Below the pieces are notes generated by a model, which was given only the letters and a program-made list of their open reading frames with translations, made no database searches and was not told the DNA's origin. Source: Oscillospiraceae bacterium (GTDB taxonomy: Bacteria > Bacillota > Clostridia > Oscillospirales > JAKOTC01). From it: DNA of 64,000 nt. The translations under genes and the position numbers were made by a program. The stretch covers positions 73,270 to 137,269 of the forward strand of contig DAOSWV010000002.1 in NCBI GenBank assembly GCA_035380125.1, given 5' to 3'. Numbering within the stretch: position 1 is the stretch's first letter; each line of letters begins with the position of its first letter. Of the stretch, positions 21,237 to 31,039 are shown piece by piece.

Positions 21237-22271
21237 ATGGTATTTATTTTAAAAAAAGGCGTTCCGAAAGAGAAAATTGACGCGTTTATCAGGGACTGGG
21301 AGGACAAGGGGTTTTCGACGATCTGGGCGCCCGGCACCGATCACAACGCGGTCTGCCTGATCGGTAACACCGCCGCAGTTGATATGGACGCGGTCGTGCA
21401 GACCAATGCCATCGTCGAATATGCCCGGCGGGTGACCGAACAGTATAAGGCCGCAAGCCGCACGGTACATCCCGAAGACACGATCATCGAGGTCGGCGGT
21501 GCGAAAATCGGCGGTAACAATTTTACGGTGATCTCCGGGCCGTGCTCGATTGAAACACGGGAGCAGATGATTGCGATTGCGCAGTCGGTGAAAAAAAGCG
21601 GCGCGGTGATTTTGCGCGGCGGCGCATTCAAGCCGCGCACTTCGCCGTATTCGTTTCAGGGTCTCGGCGAAAACGGGTTAAAATTGCTGCTTGAAGCTAA
21701 GGCGGCTTCCGGGCTGCCCGTGATCACGGAAATCATGAACCAGACGCAGGTGCCGTTATTTGACGAAGTGGACATTGTTCAGGTCGGCGCACGGAACATG
21801 CAAAATTTCGATTTACTCAAGGCTGTCGGCAGGATGAATAAGCCGGTGCTGTTAAAGCGCGGGCTGGCCAACACGATTGACGAGCTGCTGATGAGCGCTG
21901 AGTATATTTTATCCGAGGGCAATTCGCGGGTGATTTTGTGCGAACGCGGCATCCGTACTTTCGAGACCGCCGCGCGCGGCACACTCGACTTGACTGCGGT
22001 GGTGATTTTGAAACAAAAAACCCATCTGCCGGTGTTCGTCGATCCCAGTCACGCGTCCGGCATCAGTTCACTGGTCGCGCCGCTCTCCAAAGCCGCGCTT
22101 GCGGTCGGTGCGGATGGGCTGATGATCGAGACCCACAACGACCCGGCAAAGGCACTGTGCGACGGCGCGCAATCGCTGGATTTGGAGCAGTTCGGGACAT
22201 TGATGAAAGACTTGAAATCCCGCGTGGGGTTCGAGGGAAAAACGATGTCGGGGATGGGAAATGGAAATTGA
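21237..22271 (+). CDS. aroF: 3-deoxy-7-phosphoheptulonate (DAHP) synthase, type I-beta with N-terminal ferredoxin-like regulatory domain
   Basis: ISGPCSIE and [20 protein letters not shown] motifs, preceded by a ~75-aa extra N-terminal domain. The start is taken at ATG 21237, just after the trpF stop. Confidence 0.85.
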   Translation: MVFILKKGVPKEKIDAFIRDWEDKGFSTIWAPGTDHNAVCLIGNTAAVDMDAVVQTNAIVEYARRVTEQYKAASRTVHPEDTIIEVGGAKIGGNNFTVISGPCSIETREQMIAIAQSVKKSGAVILRGGAFKPRTSPYSFQGLGENGLKLLLEAKAASGLPVITEIMNQTQVPLFDEVDIVQVGARNMQNFDLLKAVGRMNKPVLLKRGLANTIDELLMSAEYILSEGNSRVILCERGIRTFETAARGTLDLTAVVILKQKTHLPVFVDPSHASGISSLVAPLSKAALAVGADGLMIETHNDPAKALCDGAQSLDLEQFGTLMKDLKSRVGFEGKTMSGMGNGN

Positions 22272-22292
22272 TATAATGGGGAGATTTCATTC

Positions 22293-22374
22293 GTAGGGGC
22301 GGCATTCCTGACGCCCCGCATGGAAGTTATATTTAATATGAGGTAAAGCGGAACGGTCAAGACCGTTCCCTACA
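22293..22374. repeat. Convergent pair of GTAG-headed palindromic (REP-like) units inside the trp operon
   Basis: GTAG+GGGGCG-N10-CGCCCC lies at 22293-22317. GGAACGGTCAAGACCGTTCCCTACA lies at 22350-22374. Confidence 0.75.
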
Positions 22375-22399
22375 TGATACAAAAAGGACGGTAAAAAAC

Positions 22400-23590
22400 A
22401 TGAGTAATCCGAAAGGGCGGTTCGGGATTCACGGCGGGCAGTATGTCCCCGAGACGCTGATGAATGCCTTGATCGAGCTGGAACAGGCGTATGAACATTA
22501 TAAAAGCGATCCGGCGTTTAACGCGGAACTGACGGCGTTATTCAATGAATATGCGGGCAGGCCGAGTCGGTTATATTTTGCCAAGCGCATGACCGAGGAT
22601 TTAAAGGGGGCGAAAATCTATCTCAAGCGAGAAGATTTAAACCACACCGGGGCGCACAAGATCAACAACGTGCTCGGGCAGGCGTTATTGGCCAAAAAGA
22701 TGGGCAAAAAACGGTTGATTGCCGAGACCGGCGCAGGTCAGCACGGGGTTGCGACTGCGACCGCTGCGGCGCTGATGGACATGGAATGCGTTGTTTTTAT
22801 GGGCGAAGAAGACACCAAACGGCAGGCATTGAACGTCTACCGGATGCGTTTGTTGGGTGCAGAGGTAATCCCTGTGATGACCGGAACCCGGACATTGAAA
22901 GACGCTGTTTCGGCGGCTATGCGTGAGTGGACCACGCAGGTCGAAGACACGCACTACTGCCTCGGGTCGGTGATGGGACCTCACCCGTTCCCGACGATTG
23001 TGCGGGATTTTCAGGCGGTGATTTCAAAAGAGACCAAAGAACAGATGCTGCAAAAAGAAGGTCGGCTGCCCGACGTGGTAATGGCATGTGTGGGCGGCGG
23101 CAGCAACGCGGCAGGATCATTTTATCATTTTATTGATGATCAAGACGTTCGGCTGATCGGGTGTGAGGCCGCGGGGCGGGGTGTGGATACCTTCGAGACT
23201 GCCGCAACCATCAGCACCGGTAAACTCGGGATTTTTCACGGAATGAAATCGTATTTTTGTCAGGACGAATACGGGCAGATCGCACCGGTGTATTCGATTT
23301 CAGCGGGGTTGGATTATCCCGGAATCGGGCCTGAGCACGCATATCTACACGACATCGGCAGGGCGGAATATGTGCCTGTGACCGATGAAGAAGCCGTGCA
23401 GGCGTTTGAATATCTGTCGCGGATGGAGGGCATCATTCCCGCTATCGAGTCGTCGCACGCCGTGGCACATGCGATGAAGATGGCGCCGGAGATGGATAAA
23501 GACAAGATCATTGTGATTACGCTGTCGGGGCGCGGAGACAAGGACTGTGCCGCGATCGCCAGATACAGAGGGGAGGATCTTTCGGAATGA
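22400..23590 (+). CDS. trpB: Tryptophan synthase beta chain
   Basis: 396 aa with [16 protein letters not shown] (PLP lysine motif) and GGGSNA. Confidence 0.95.
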   Translation: MSNPKGRFGIHGGQYVPETLMNALIELEQAYEHYKSDPAFNAELTALFNEYAGRPSRLYFAKRMTEDLKGAKIYLKREDLNHTGAHKINNVLGQALLAKKMGKKRLIAETGAGQHGVATATAAALMDMECVVFMGEEDTKRQALNVYRMRLLGAEVIPVMTGTRTLKDAVSAAMREWTTQVEDTHYCLGSVMGPHPFPTIVRDFQAVISKETKEQMLQKEGRLPDVVMACVGGGSNAAGSFYHFIDDQDVRLIGCEAAGRGVDTFETAATISTGKLGIFHGMKSYFCQDEYGQIAPVYSISAGLDYPGIGPEHAYLHDIGRAEYVPVTDEEAVQAFEYLSRMEGIIPAIESSHAVAHAMKMAPEMDKDKIIVITLSGRGDKDCAAIARYRGEDLSE

Positions 23591-24357
23591 GCAAGATGAA
23601 AAAGGCCTTTGAAAACGGCAAGGCGTTTATCGCATTTATCACATGCGGCGACCCCGATCTGGAGACCACCGAAAAAATCGTGCTCGAGATGGCGAAAAAT
23701 GGGGCCAATCTGATTGAGCTCGGGATTCCGTTTTCCGACCCGACCGCCGAGGGTCCGGTAATTCAAGAGGCCAATAACCGCGCGCTTTCGGGCGGCGTGA
23801 CGACCGATAAAATTTTTGAGATGGTACGTCGGATTCGGCAAAAAACCGACATCCCGCTGGCGTTTATGACCTATGCCAACGTGGTGTTTTCGTACGGAAC
23901 CGATCGGTTTTTGAAAACCTGCGCCGAGATCGGGATCGACGGGTTGATTCTGCCCGATCTGCCTTTTGAGGAGAAAGCCGAATTCGACGTCCCATGTAAA
24001 AAACACGGGGTTGATTTGATTTCGCTGATTGCGCCGACTTCGCATGAACGGGTCGCGATGATTGCCAAAGAAGCATCCGGTTTTGTGTACATCGTCTCGT
24101 CGTTGGGCGTGACCGGTGTGCGTAGTGAGATCAAAAGCGATATCGGCGAAATGGTCAAACTCGTGCGGGAAAACACCGCTGTTTCCTGCGCGGTGGGATT
24201 TGGTATCTCCACGCCGGAACAAGCAAAAAAGATGGCACAGATCGCCGACGGCGTGATCGTGGGCAGTGCGATTGTAAAGCTGATTGCGCAATACGGGCGG
24301 GAGTCCGCGCCGGCTGTAGGTGAATATGTCAAGCGCATGAAAGACGCGATTCGATAA
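23587..24357 (+). CDS. trpA: Tryptophan synthase alpha chain
   Basis: 256 aa with [17 protein letters not shown] and [10 protein letters not shown]. It overlaps the trpB stop. Confidence 0.92.
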   Translation: MSKMKKAFENGKAFIAFITCGDPDLETTEKIVLEMAKNGANLIELGIPFSDPTAEGPVIQEANNRALSGGVTTDKIFEMVRRIRQKTDIPLAFMTYANVVFSYGTDRFLKTCAEIGIDGLILPDLPFEEKAEFDVPCKKHGVDLISLIAPTSHERVAMIAKEASGFVYIVSSLGVTGVRSEIKSDIGEMVKLVRENTAVSCAVGFGISTPEQAKKMAQIADGVIVGSAIVKLIAQYGRESAPAVGEYVKRMKDAIR

Positions 24358-24379
24358 AGGAATTCCGTATGTTGGAAAA

Positions 24380-24428
24380 GACCGTTTCCGGGATGGATTT
24401 ATCTGCCCGGAGACGGTCGAATTTTGTC
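24380..24428 (+). terminator. trp operon terminator
   Basis: GACCGTTTCCGGG ... CCCGGAGACGGTC, a 13-bp stem with one G:U pair, followed by gaATTTTG. Confidence 0.55.
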
Positions 24429-24496
24429 TGAAAACGTTGATTTTCGAATTTGAGTGTGTTACGATTGGTATAATTCTAACAGCGGGGTGAACATTT

Positions 24497-26686
24497 TTGA
24501 TTTACAACGATTTTGCGCTGAGCGGTAAAACATTGCGGCTGAGCGTTTTTGCTGAAAATATCGTCCGGGTGCGGGTATCGAAGAAATTCGAGCAGACTCT
24601 TTTCGAGCGATACGGAATTTTTAAAGAATCGGATGAAATCGGCGAAAAAACCCAAAGCGGCGTAAAGGCCGGACAACTCGGCGTTTCGTTTGACGGGCAA
24701 AAAATCATCATCTCCAAAGGCGGCGGCATTCGTTATGAAATCAATTTTTCAAAGGATATTGCTGCCGACAGCAAGTGGTATAATGAACAACTGAACCGTT
24801 TCCGGCCGGACAGCCAGCGTATTTTGGGAGACGACGCCAAACGCACGATCAACACGGTTGATTTTGAAAAGGATCCGAAGAGCCTGACGATGAAGACATT
24901 GCACGGCGAGCGGTTTTACGGACTCGGTACCGGCAACCACGAAGATTTGATTTTAAACGGCAGAACCTATTTGCAGCGGGTGGTCTATGCCACCAGCGAG
25001 ATTCCCATCCCGTTTGTGATGAGTGAAAATATCGGTGTTTTATGCGCGGCGACGATCTGGCACGGCATTGACATCTGCAATCGGAACGAGAATGAAATCG
25101 GCTGGTTTTTGCCTGACGGGGAGATCGATTTTTATATTTTCGGCGGCGATTCGCTCAAAGAAAACCTGCGGCTGTTCACGCGGCTGACGGGGCGTTCGGC
25201 GCTGCTGCCGAAATGGGCCTACGGATTGACGTTTATCGATCAGTACAAGGCCGACCAATTTGAAGTGATGCGCAATGCGGCGGACTTCAGAAAGAAAAAG
25301 CTGCCTTGCGACATGATCAGTTTGGAACCGGGTTGGATGGAGACCGAATACGATTTTTCAACCAAGAAAAAGTGGGATGTGGATAAGTTTTATATCTGCG
25401 ATTGGATGCGGCACGACGAACCCGGCAAGCAGATGTTCACGGCGGCGCTCAAACGGTACGGGTTCAAATTGGCGCTGTGGTTATGCTGTCAGCACGACTT
25501 CACCGCCGATGAGGAAACCCGAGCGGGCAATCCGACCGATTTCGGCATCGAGCCGTGGTATCTGCATCTGCGTCAATTCGTCAACGACGGAGCAGCGGCC
25601 TTTAAGATGGACCCCTGTAGGATCGTGGACGGGGCGAATGAACAGCGCGTTTATGCCAACGGACGCGGCGAGCCCGAGATGCACAATTTGATGCAGACGC
25701 TGTATCAAAAACAGATGTATTACGGTATCAGCGAGCACACCAAGCAGCGGCCCATGCATCACTTCTGCGGCGGGTTCACCGGCACGGCACAATATGGTGC
25801 GGCGACGACCGGAGACAGCGGCGGCGGGCATAAAACCATGGTCTGGGTATTGAACTGCGGGCTCTCGGGCCTTTCGAACATCACCTGTGACATGGACATC
25901 TTTTCGCCGCAGACGCTGCACTACTGCTTTTTCACCGCCTGGTGCCAATTGAACAGCTGGTCGGGCTTCCGTCAGCCCTGGTGGGCGGGTGACGACAACG
26001 AGGAATGCTTTGCGTTCTATGATCGGAACCGGTATGCGCTGCTGCCCTATATCTACTCGGCGGCAATCGAATCCAATATGACTGGGCTGCCGGTCGTACG
26101 GGCGATGCCGCTGGAATTTTCCGACACCGAAGTTGAAAATACCGTCGCTCAGTTCATGTTCGGAAAAGAACTGTTGGTCGGGGCTTTTACGGATAAAGTT
26201 TGGCTGCCGAGAAATGAGGTCTGGATCGATTTTTGGAGCGGCAAGGAATATCAAGGCGGGCAATGGGTCGAGGGCACGACGCCCGAAAACCGTGGCGGTC
26301 CGCTGTTTATCAGGGGCGGTGCGATTATTCCGACACAGCCGGAACGGCAGTTCACCTCCTGCAAAGATGAACCGGTGTTGAATTTGAAAATCTATCCGTG
26401 CAAAACCAGCGAATATACCCTTTGGGAGGACGACGGGCTGTCGCTGTCCGAAACCAGAGCCAAGACGGTGTTTTCGGTCGAGGCCGGGGCAAAGACGATT
26501 AAATTGAAACTCGGGCCGCGTACCGGGTCTTTTGAGGGGATGTGCATTCGGATGTACAACCTCACGGTGCGCTGCGACTGCGCCAAAGAAGTCTTGATCG
26601 GCGGCAGGCCGCAAAGTTTCAGCTGTGAAAGCGGGTTTATTAAATTTGCTGCACGTGACGGCGATGAGATCACGATAAAACTGTAA
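24497..26686 (+). CDS. Glycoside hydrolase family 31 (alpha-glucosidase/alpha-xylosidase-like), cytoplasmic
   Basis: 729 aa with a TTG start. The catalytic-region context is ISLEPGWMETEYDF, and GAATTGDSGG (WxGD-type) is present. A typical GH31 C-terminal beta-sandwich follows. Confidence 0.75.
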   Translation: MIYNDFALSGKTLRLSVFAENIVRVRVSKKFEQTLFERYGIFKESDEIGEKTQSGVKAGQLGVSFDGQKIIISKGGGIRYEINFSKDIAADSKWYNEQLNRFRPDSQRILGDDAKRTINTVDFEKDPKSLTMKTLHGERFYGLGTGNHEDLILNGRTYLQRVVYATSEIPIPFVMSENIGVLCAATIWHGIDICNRNENEIGWFLPDGEIDFYIFGGDSLKENLRLFTRLTGRSALLPKWAYGLTFIDQYKADQFEVMRNAADFRKKKLPCDMISLEPGWMETEYDFSTKKKWDVDKFYICDWMRHDEPGKQMFTAALKRYGFKLALWLCCQHDFTADEETRAGNPTDFGIEPWYLHLRQFVNDGAAAFKMDPCRIVDGANEQRVYANGRGEPEMHNLMQTLYQKQMYYGISEHTKQRPMHHFCGGFTGTAQYGAATTGDSGGGHKTMVWVLNCGLSGLSNITCDMDIFSPQTLHYCFFTAWCQLNSWSGFRQPWWAGDDNEECFAFYDRNRYALLPYIYSAAIESNMTGLPVVRAMPLEFSDTEVENTVAQFMFGKELLVGAFTDKVWLPRNEVWIDFWSGKEYQGGQWVEGTTPENRGGPLFIRGGAIIPTQPERQFTSCKDEPVLNLKIYPCKTSEYTLWEDDGLSLSETRAKTVFSVEAGAKTIKLKLGPRTGSFEGMCIRMYNLTVRCDCAKEVLIGGRPQSFSCESGFIKFAARDGDEITIKL

Positions 26687-26800
26687 ATCAGCATTGCACG
26701 GCTTTTCTCGGCAGAGAGACCGCCGTACCCGCTGTTTTACAGTTGGCTTACAAAATCAATCATATCGATCTTGAAGAAATTTGTATAAGGGAAGAGCGTA

Positions 26801-28063
26801 TTGGGAAAAGACAGGAGCAAGACCCTGAAGACGCATCTGCCGAACAGGCCGCTGTATGCGGTGCTCTCGGCGGGCGCAACGGCGTTTTATGCCCGCAAGG
26901 CAAAGATCGTCTGTGACAATACGGCGATCAAAGGGATGAAACCGCCCTTTATTGCAGTTTGCAATCATCCGAGTTTCTTTGACTGGATTTTGATGGCACG
27001 GGCTTTGCGCCCGCATCGGGTTAATATCATCATGACCCGGTATTATTACTGCTATCGGGGACTTGCGATGCTCCTGGATGGGTTGGGCGCGATTCCCAAA
27101 GATCTGTTTTCGCCCGATCCGCAGACTGTACGCGCAGCCATGACCGTGATCAAGAAAGGCGGCTGTATCGGTATTTTCCCGGAGGGCAGACTGTCTCCCG
27201 ACGGGAGAATCGAATCCTTTCACTCGTCGATCTATAAACTGATGAAAAACCTCGGGGTGCCCGTTATCAATGTCCACGTCGAAGGCAGTTATTTTATCCG
27301 ACCCAAGTGGTCGCATCAGATGCGCAAGGGGACGGTGTATGTCAAGGCCGAACCCTTGTTTACGGCGGGCGAGTTGGAGAATATCGACGAACAGACCGCG
27401 TTGGAACGGCTCGAAAAAGCATTGTTTTATGATGAAAGTGCGACACAACGTATTCGCCGCACGCAATTTCGACATCCCGCCATCGCCGAAGGGCTGCACA
27501 GAATTTTATATCTGTGTCCGAAGTGCGGCGCGGAATTTGCGATGAAGACGGCGGGCGGGCGGATTTTTTGCGAGAAATGCGGAAATGCCGCAACCTTGAA
27601 CGCTTTTTATGATCTTGCCGCCGAATCCGCAGAAAGCGTGATCCCGGCTTCGATCGGAGACTGGTACGAGCTGCAGCGCGAATTTGAGTTTTCACGCATC
27701 TGCCGCGACCCGGAGGTAAAAATGAGCGGTCATGTCGTTTTGCGGCAGCCGCGATTTGGGCGAGAACCGTTTTCGGTGGTCGGGGAGGGCGTTGTGACGC
27801 TCGATAAAAACGGTCTGGTTTATCAGGGAAGCCGGGACGGTGAGGCGTTTCTGCTTGAGGTTCCCTTGAATATGCTGAAAGCATTGCTTTACGGGGCTGA
27901 ATGCGATTTTGAAATTTATCACCGGGGACAGTTTTATTATTTTGAACCGGACAACCTTCTGGAATGTGTTAAATGGTCGGTTTTCGGGGAACAGCTCTAC
28001 GTGTATCATATTTTGAAAAAGAGGGATGCGGATGCAACAATCGGAGCGGCAAAACGGGATTAG
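26801..28063 (+). CDS. PlsC-type (lyso)phospholipid acyltransferase with C-terminal zinc-ribbon-containing extension
   Basis: 420 aa with a TTG start. The HX4D motif is CNHPSFFDW and the FPEG motif is GIFPEGRLSPDG. CPKCG...CEKCG lies at ~aa 240-262. Confidence 0.65.
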   Translation: MGKDRSKTLKTHLPNRPLYAVLSAGATAFYARKAKIVCDNTAIKGMKPPFIAVCNHPSFFDWILMARALRPHRVNIIMTRYYYCYRGLAMLLDGLGAIPKDLFSPDPQTVRAAMTVIKKGGCIGIFPEGRLSPDGRIESFHSSIYKLMKNLGVPVINVHVEGSYFIRPKWSHQMRKGTVYVKAEPLFTAGELENIDEQTALERLEKALFYDESATQRIRRTQFRHPAIAEGLHRILYLCPKCGAEFAMKTAGGRIFCEKCGNAATLNAFYDLAAESAESVIPASIGDWYELQREFEFSRICRDPEVKMSGHVVLRQPRFGREPFSVVGEGVVTLDKNGLVYQGSRDGEAFLLEVPLNMLKALLYGAECDFEIYHRGQFYYFEPDNLLECVKWSVFGEQLYVYHILKKRDADATIGAAKRD

Positions 28064-29504
28064 AATCGGAAAACGCACCTTTATCAGTACGGTGTGCGTG
28101 TTGCTGGCGGTGATGGTCTGTGCCGGTGTTTTGACCCTTGTGCTGCCGCAGGGCAGTTATGACCGGGTGATTGTGAACGGATACGAGGAGATTGTGCCGG
28201 AGTCATACGCGATCAACGAGAGCGGTAAACTGCCGGTCTGGCGGTGGTTCACCGCGCCGTTCGAGGTGCTGATCGGCAGCGACGGCGCGATGGCGATCAT
28301 GATCATTTTGTTTCTGGTTTTTATCGGAGGCACGTTTTTGGTGCTCGATAAAAGCGGTGTGATGCGGTATATGCTGACTTCGGTTACCGTGAAAATGAGC
28401 AGGCACAAATATGCGTTACTGGCGGTGATGACGCTGCTATGCATGATTGTCGGCTCTACGATGGGAATTTTTGAGGAGTTCGCCCCGCTGGTGCCCATTG
28501 TGGTAGCATTGGCGTTGGCCTTGGGGTGGGATTCGTTGGTCGGGCTTGGGATGAGCATTCTGGCGGTCGGGTTCGGCTTTTCGGTCGGCACCTTTAACCC
28601 GTTCAGTATTTTAGTGGCGCAAAAGCTGGCCGGGCTTCCGATATTTTCGGGGCTGCTGTTTCGGGTCGGTGCATTTTTAGTCTTTTACGGCATTCTCATC
28701 ACCTTTTTGTTGCTGTATGCAAAGAAGATTGAAAAGAATCCGCAAAAGTCTATTTGTTGGGAATCCGACAAAGCCATGCGGGAAAAATATCATTATGATC
28801 CGCAGGACGGAACACTTGATAGTGTCGCGCTGAAAAAAGCGACATTCGTGTTTGTCGGGGCGTTCGGGCTGATCTTTTTATACATCACGGTCTCGCTGAT
28901 TTTGCTTTATAACGGAAACGGCACACTGACCGATTACACCATGCCGGTGATGGCGGTCGTGCTGACTGCGGGGGGATTATTGGCCGGGAAGGTCTCGAAG
29001 TATGCCGAAAAGGGGCTTTTGCGTGATTTCGGGAAAGGGATGCTGGCCATGGCGCCGGGTGCGCTTTTAATCGTAATGGCTATGAGTGCCAAGCAGATCG
29101 TGTTGGCGGGCGGAGTCATGGATACCATTTTGCACGGTGCGTATGAATTGATGAGCGGTGTGGGGAAATATCAGGCGATTCTGATTGTGTTCGGGTTTGT
29201 GCTGGTGCTCGAATTTTTCATCAGCAGTGCCTCTGCAAAAGCTTTTATCGTCATTCCGTTGGTGGTTCCGTTTGCGTCGCTGTTGGGGTTGACCCGGCAA
29301 TCGCTGGTGCAGAGCTACTGCTTTGCCGACGGTTTTACGAATCTGTTTTTCCCGACCAACGCTGCGCTGCTGATTGTGCTGGGGCTTGTGAATCTGCCGT
29401 ATTGGAAATGGATCAAATGGGGCTGGAAACTGACATTGGTCACGGTTGCGGCCTGTGTGGGATTATTGCTGCTTGCGGTGCGGATCGGGTACGGGCCGGC
29501 GTGA
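28026..29504 (+). CDS. YfcC/DcuC-type anaerobic carrier family membrane transporter
   Basis: 492 aa, polytopic. Pairing with a downstream M20 dipeptidase is typical for YfcC-family genes. It overlaps the upstream gene by 38 nt, so the start is uncertain. Confidence 0.6.
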   Translation: MRMQQSERQNGIRIGKRTFISTVCVLLAVMVCAGVLTLVLPQGSYDRVIVNGYEEIVPESYAINESGKLPVWRWFTAPFEVLIGSDGAMAIMIILFLVFIGGTFLVLDKSGVMRYMLTSVTVKMSRHKYALLAVMTLLCMIVGSTMGIFEEFAPLVPIVVALALALGWDSLVGLGMSILAVGFGFSVGTFNPFSILVAQKLAGLPIFSGLLFRVGAFLVFYGILITFLLLYAKKIEKNPQKSICWESDKAMREKYHYDPQDGTLDSVALKKATFVFVGAFGLIFLYITVSLILLYNGNGTLTDYTMPVMAVVLTAGGLLAGKVSKYAEKGLLRDFGKGMLAMAPGALLIVMAMSAKQIVLAGGVMDTILHGAYELMSGVGKYQAILIVFGFVLVLEFFISSASAKAFIVIPLVVPFASLLGLTRQSLVQSYCFADGFTNLFFPTNAALLIVLGLVNLPYWKWIKWGWKLTLVTVAACVGLLLLAVRIGYGPA

Positions 29505-29565
29505 TTTGATATTCGACTCAAAGTGAGGTAGAATAGAAACCGATAAAATATGAAAGGGTTCGTAT

Positions 29566-30972
29566 ATGGATCAAATATTTCAAAAAATCAATGCATTTTT
29601 AGATGAAAACCGGGAAAACATGGTCGCCGATATCTGCAATTTAATTGCGATTAACAGTGTCCGGGGAGAAGCGGCACCGGATAAACCGTTTGGGGAAGCG
29701 CCGGCGGCGGCGCTGAAAAAAACCGAAGAAATTTGCCGCAGATTCGGCCTTGAGCCGGTGAATGACCAAAACTTTGCGCTGTCTGCAGTCGTCAATGACA
29801 AGCCGGTACGGCTGGATATTTTGGCGCATCTCGATATCGTCGAGGCCGGGGACGGATGGGATACCGACCCGTTTCATGCGGTCGTGAAAGACGGGAAAAT
29901 TTACGGGCGTGGTTCGTCCGATGATAAAGGGCCTGCGGTTGCGGCAATCTATGCAGCTGCGGCGGTCAAAAAATTCTGCCCCGATCTTACGGGTAACTGC
30001 CGTCTGGTACTCGGGAGTTCCGAGGAGACGGGCAGCGAGGATATCCGCCACTTTTATGCGGCGCATGAAAAAGCGCCGATGTCGTTTTCACCCGACGCCG
30101 AGTATCCGGTTATCAACATCGAAAAAGGCTCCTACGGGCCGAAATTTTATGCCGAGTGGGAAGTGTGCAATGCCGTACCGCGTGTTTTGAAACTGGTCGG
30201 CGGCAAGACCAACAACATCGTGCCCAAGACGGCATGGGCGCAAATCGCAATTTCGCTCGACGATTTGGTTGATGCGTGTGAAAAAGCCGGAAAAGAGACG
30301 GGTGCAATGTTCGACATTGTACCGGAATCGCCTGAAGTTTTTAAGGTTACCGTGACCGGAGAGGGCGCGCATGCATCGATGCCTGAGCGGGGCAACAACG
30401 CACAAACCGCACTGATTAAAATGCTGGCTTCTTTATCGCTTGCCGACTGCGGCAGTACCCGGGCAATCAAAGCATTCAATGAGTTGTTTCCGCACGGGGA
30501 TACTTCGGGGAAAGCACTCGGGATTGAACAAAAAGACGATATCTCCGGTGCATTGACTTTGAATTTCGGGGTGCTCGATCTTGGCGAAACCGGATTTACC
30601 GCTCGTTTTGACAGTCGCGTGCCGATTTGCGCAAACCAAGAAACTGTTTCTAAACCGGTGGCCGAAAAGCTGACCGCACATGGATTTACGGTCGACTCTT
30701 TGCAGATGAAAGCCGCACACTATACGCCGGCGGAAAGTCCTTTGGTGAAAGTACTGTTGAAAATTTATGAGCAGCACACCGGATCAAAAGGCAAATGCCT
30801 TGCGATCGGCGGCGGAACCTATGTACACGATATCGAAGGCGGTGTGGCGTTTGGGTGTGAAATGCCCGGCGCCGATTATCATATTCACGGGCCCAACGAA
30901 TATGCGATCATTGATGAACTGGTGTTGGGTGCCAAGATGTTTGCGCAGGCCATTGCAGAATTGTGCGAATAG
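29566..30972 (+). CDS. pepV: M20-family dipeptidase (PepV/Sapep-like)
   Basis: 468 aa. AHLDIVEAGDGW and YGRGSSDDKGP motifs are present, and the C-terminus has GADYHIHGPNEY. Confidence 0.8.
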   Translation: MDQIFQKINAFLDENRENMVADICNLIAINSVRGEAAPDKPFGEAPAAALKKTEEICRRFGLEPVNDQNFALSAVVNDKPVRLDILAHLDIVEAGDGWDTDPFHAVVKDGKIYGRGSSDDKGPAVAAIYAAAAVKKFCPDLTGNCRLVLGSSEETGSEDIRHFYAAHEKAPMSFSPDAEYPVINIEKGSYGPKFYAEWEVCNAVPRVLKLVGGKTNNIVPKTAWAQIAISLDDLVDACEKAGKETGAMFDIVPESPEVFKVTVTGEGAHASMPERGNNAQTALIKMLASLSLADCGSTRAIKAFNELFPHGDTSGKALGIEQKDDISGALTLNFGVLDLGETGFTARFDSRVPICANQETVSKPVAEKLTAHGFTVDSLQMKAAHYTPAESPLVKVLLKIYEQHTGSKGKCLAIGGGTYVHDIEGGVAFGCEMPGADYHIHGPNEYAIIDELVLGAKMFAQAIAELCE

Positions 30973-30978
30973 AGACTT

Positions 30979-31005
30979 AAAAAGCTCCCGAAAGGGAGCT
31001 TTTTA
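30979..31005. terminator. Bidirectional terminator between convergent genes
   Basis: AAAAGCTCCC-gaaa-GGGAGCTTTT. Confidence 0.8.
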
Positions 31006-31039
31006 TAGATGAAAATTCGCAAGTTCAGAATGAAAAACT

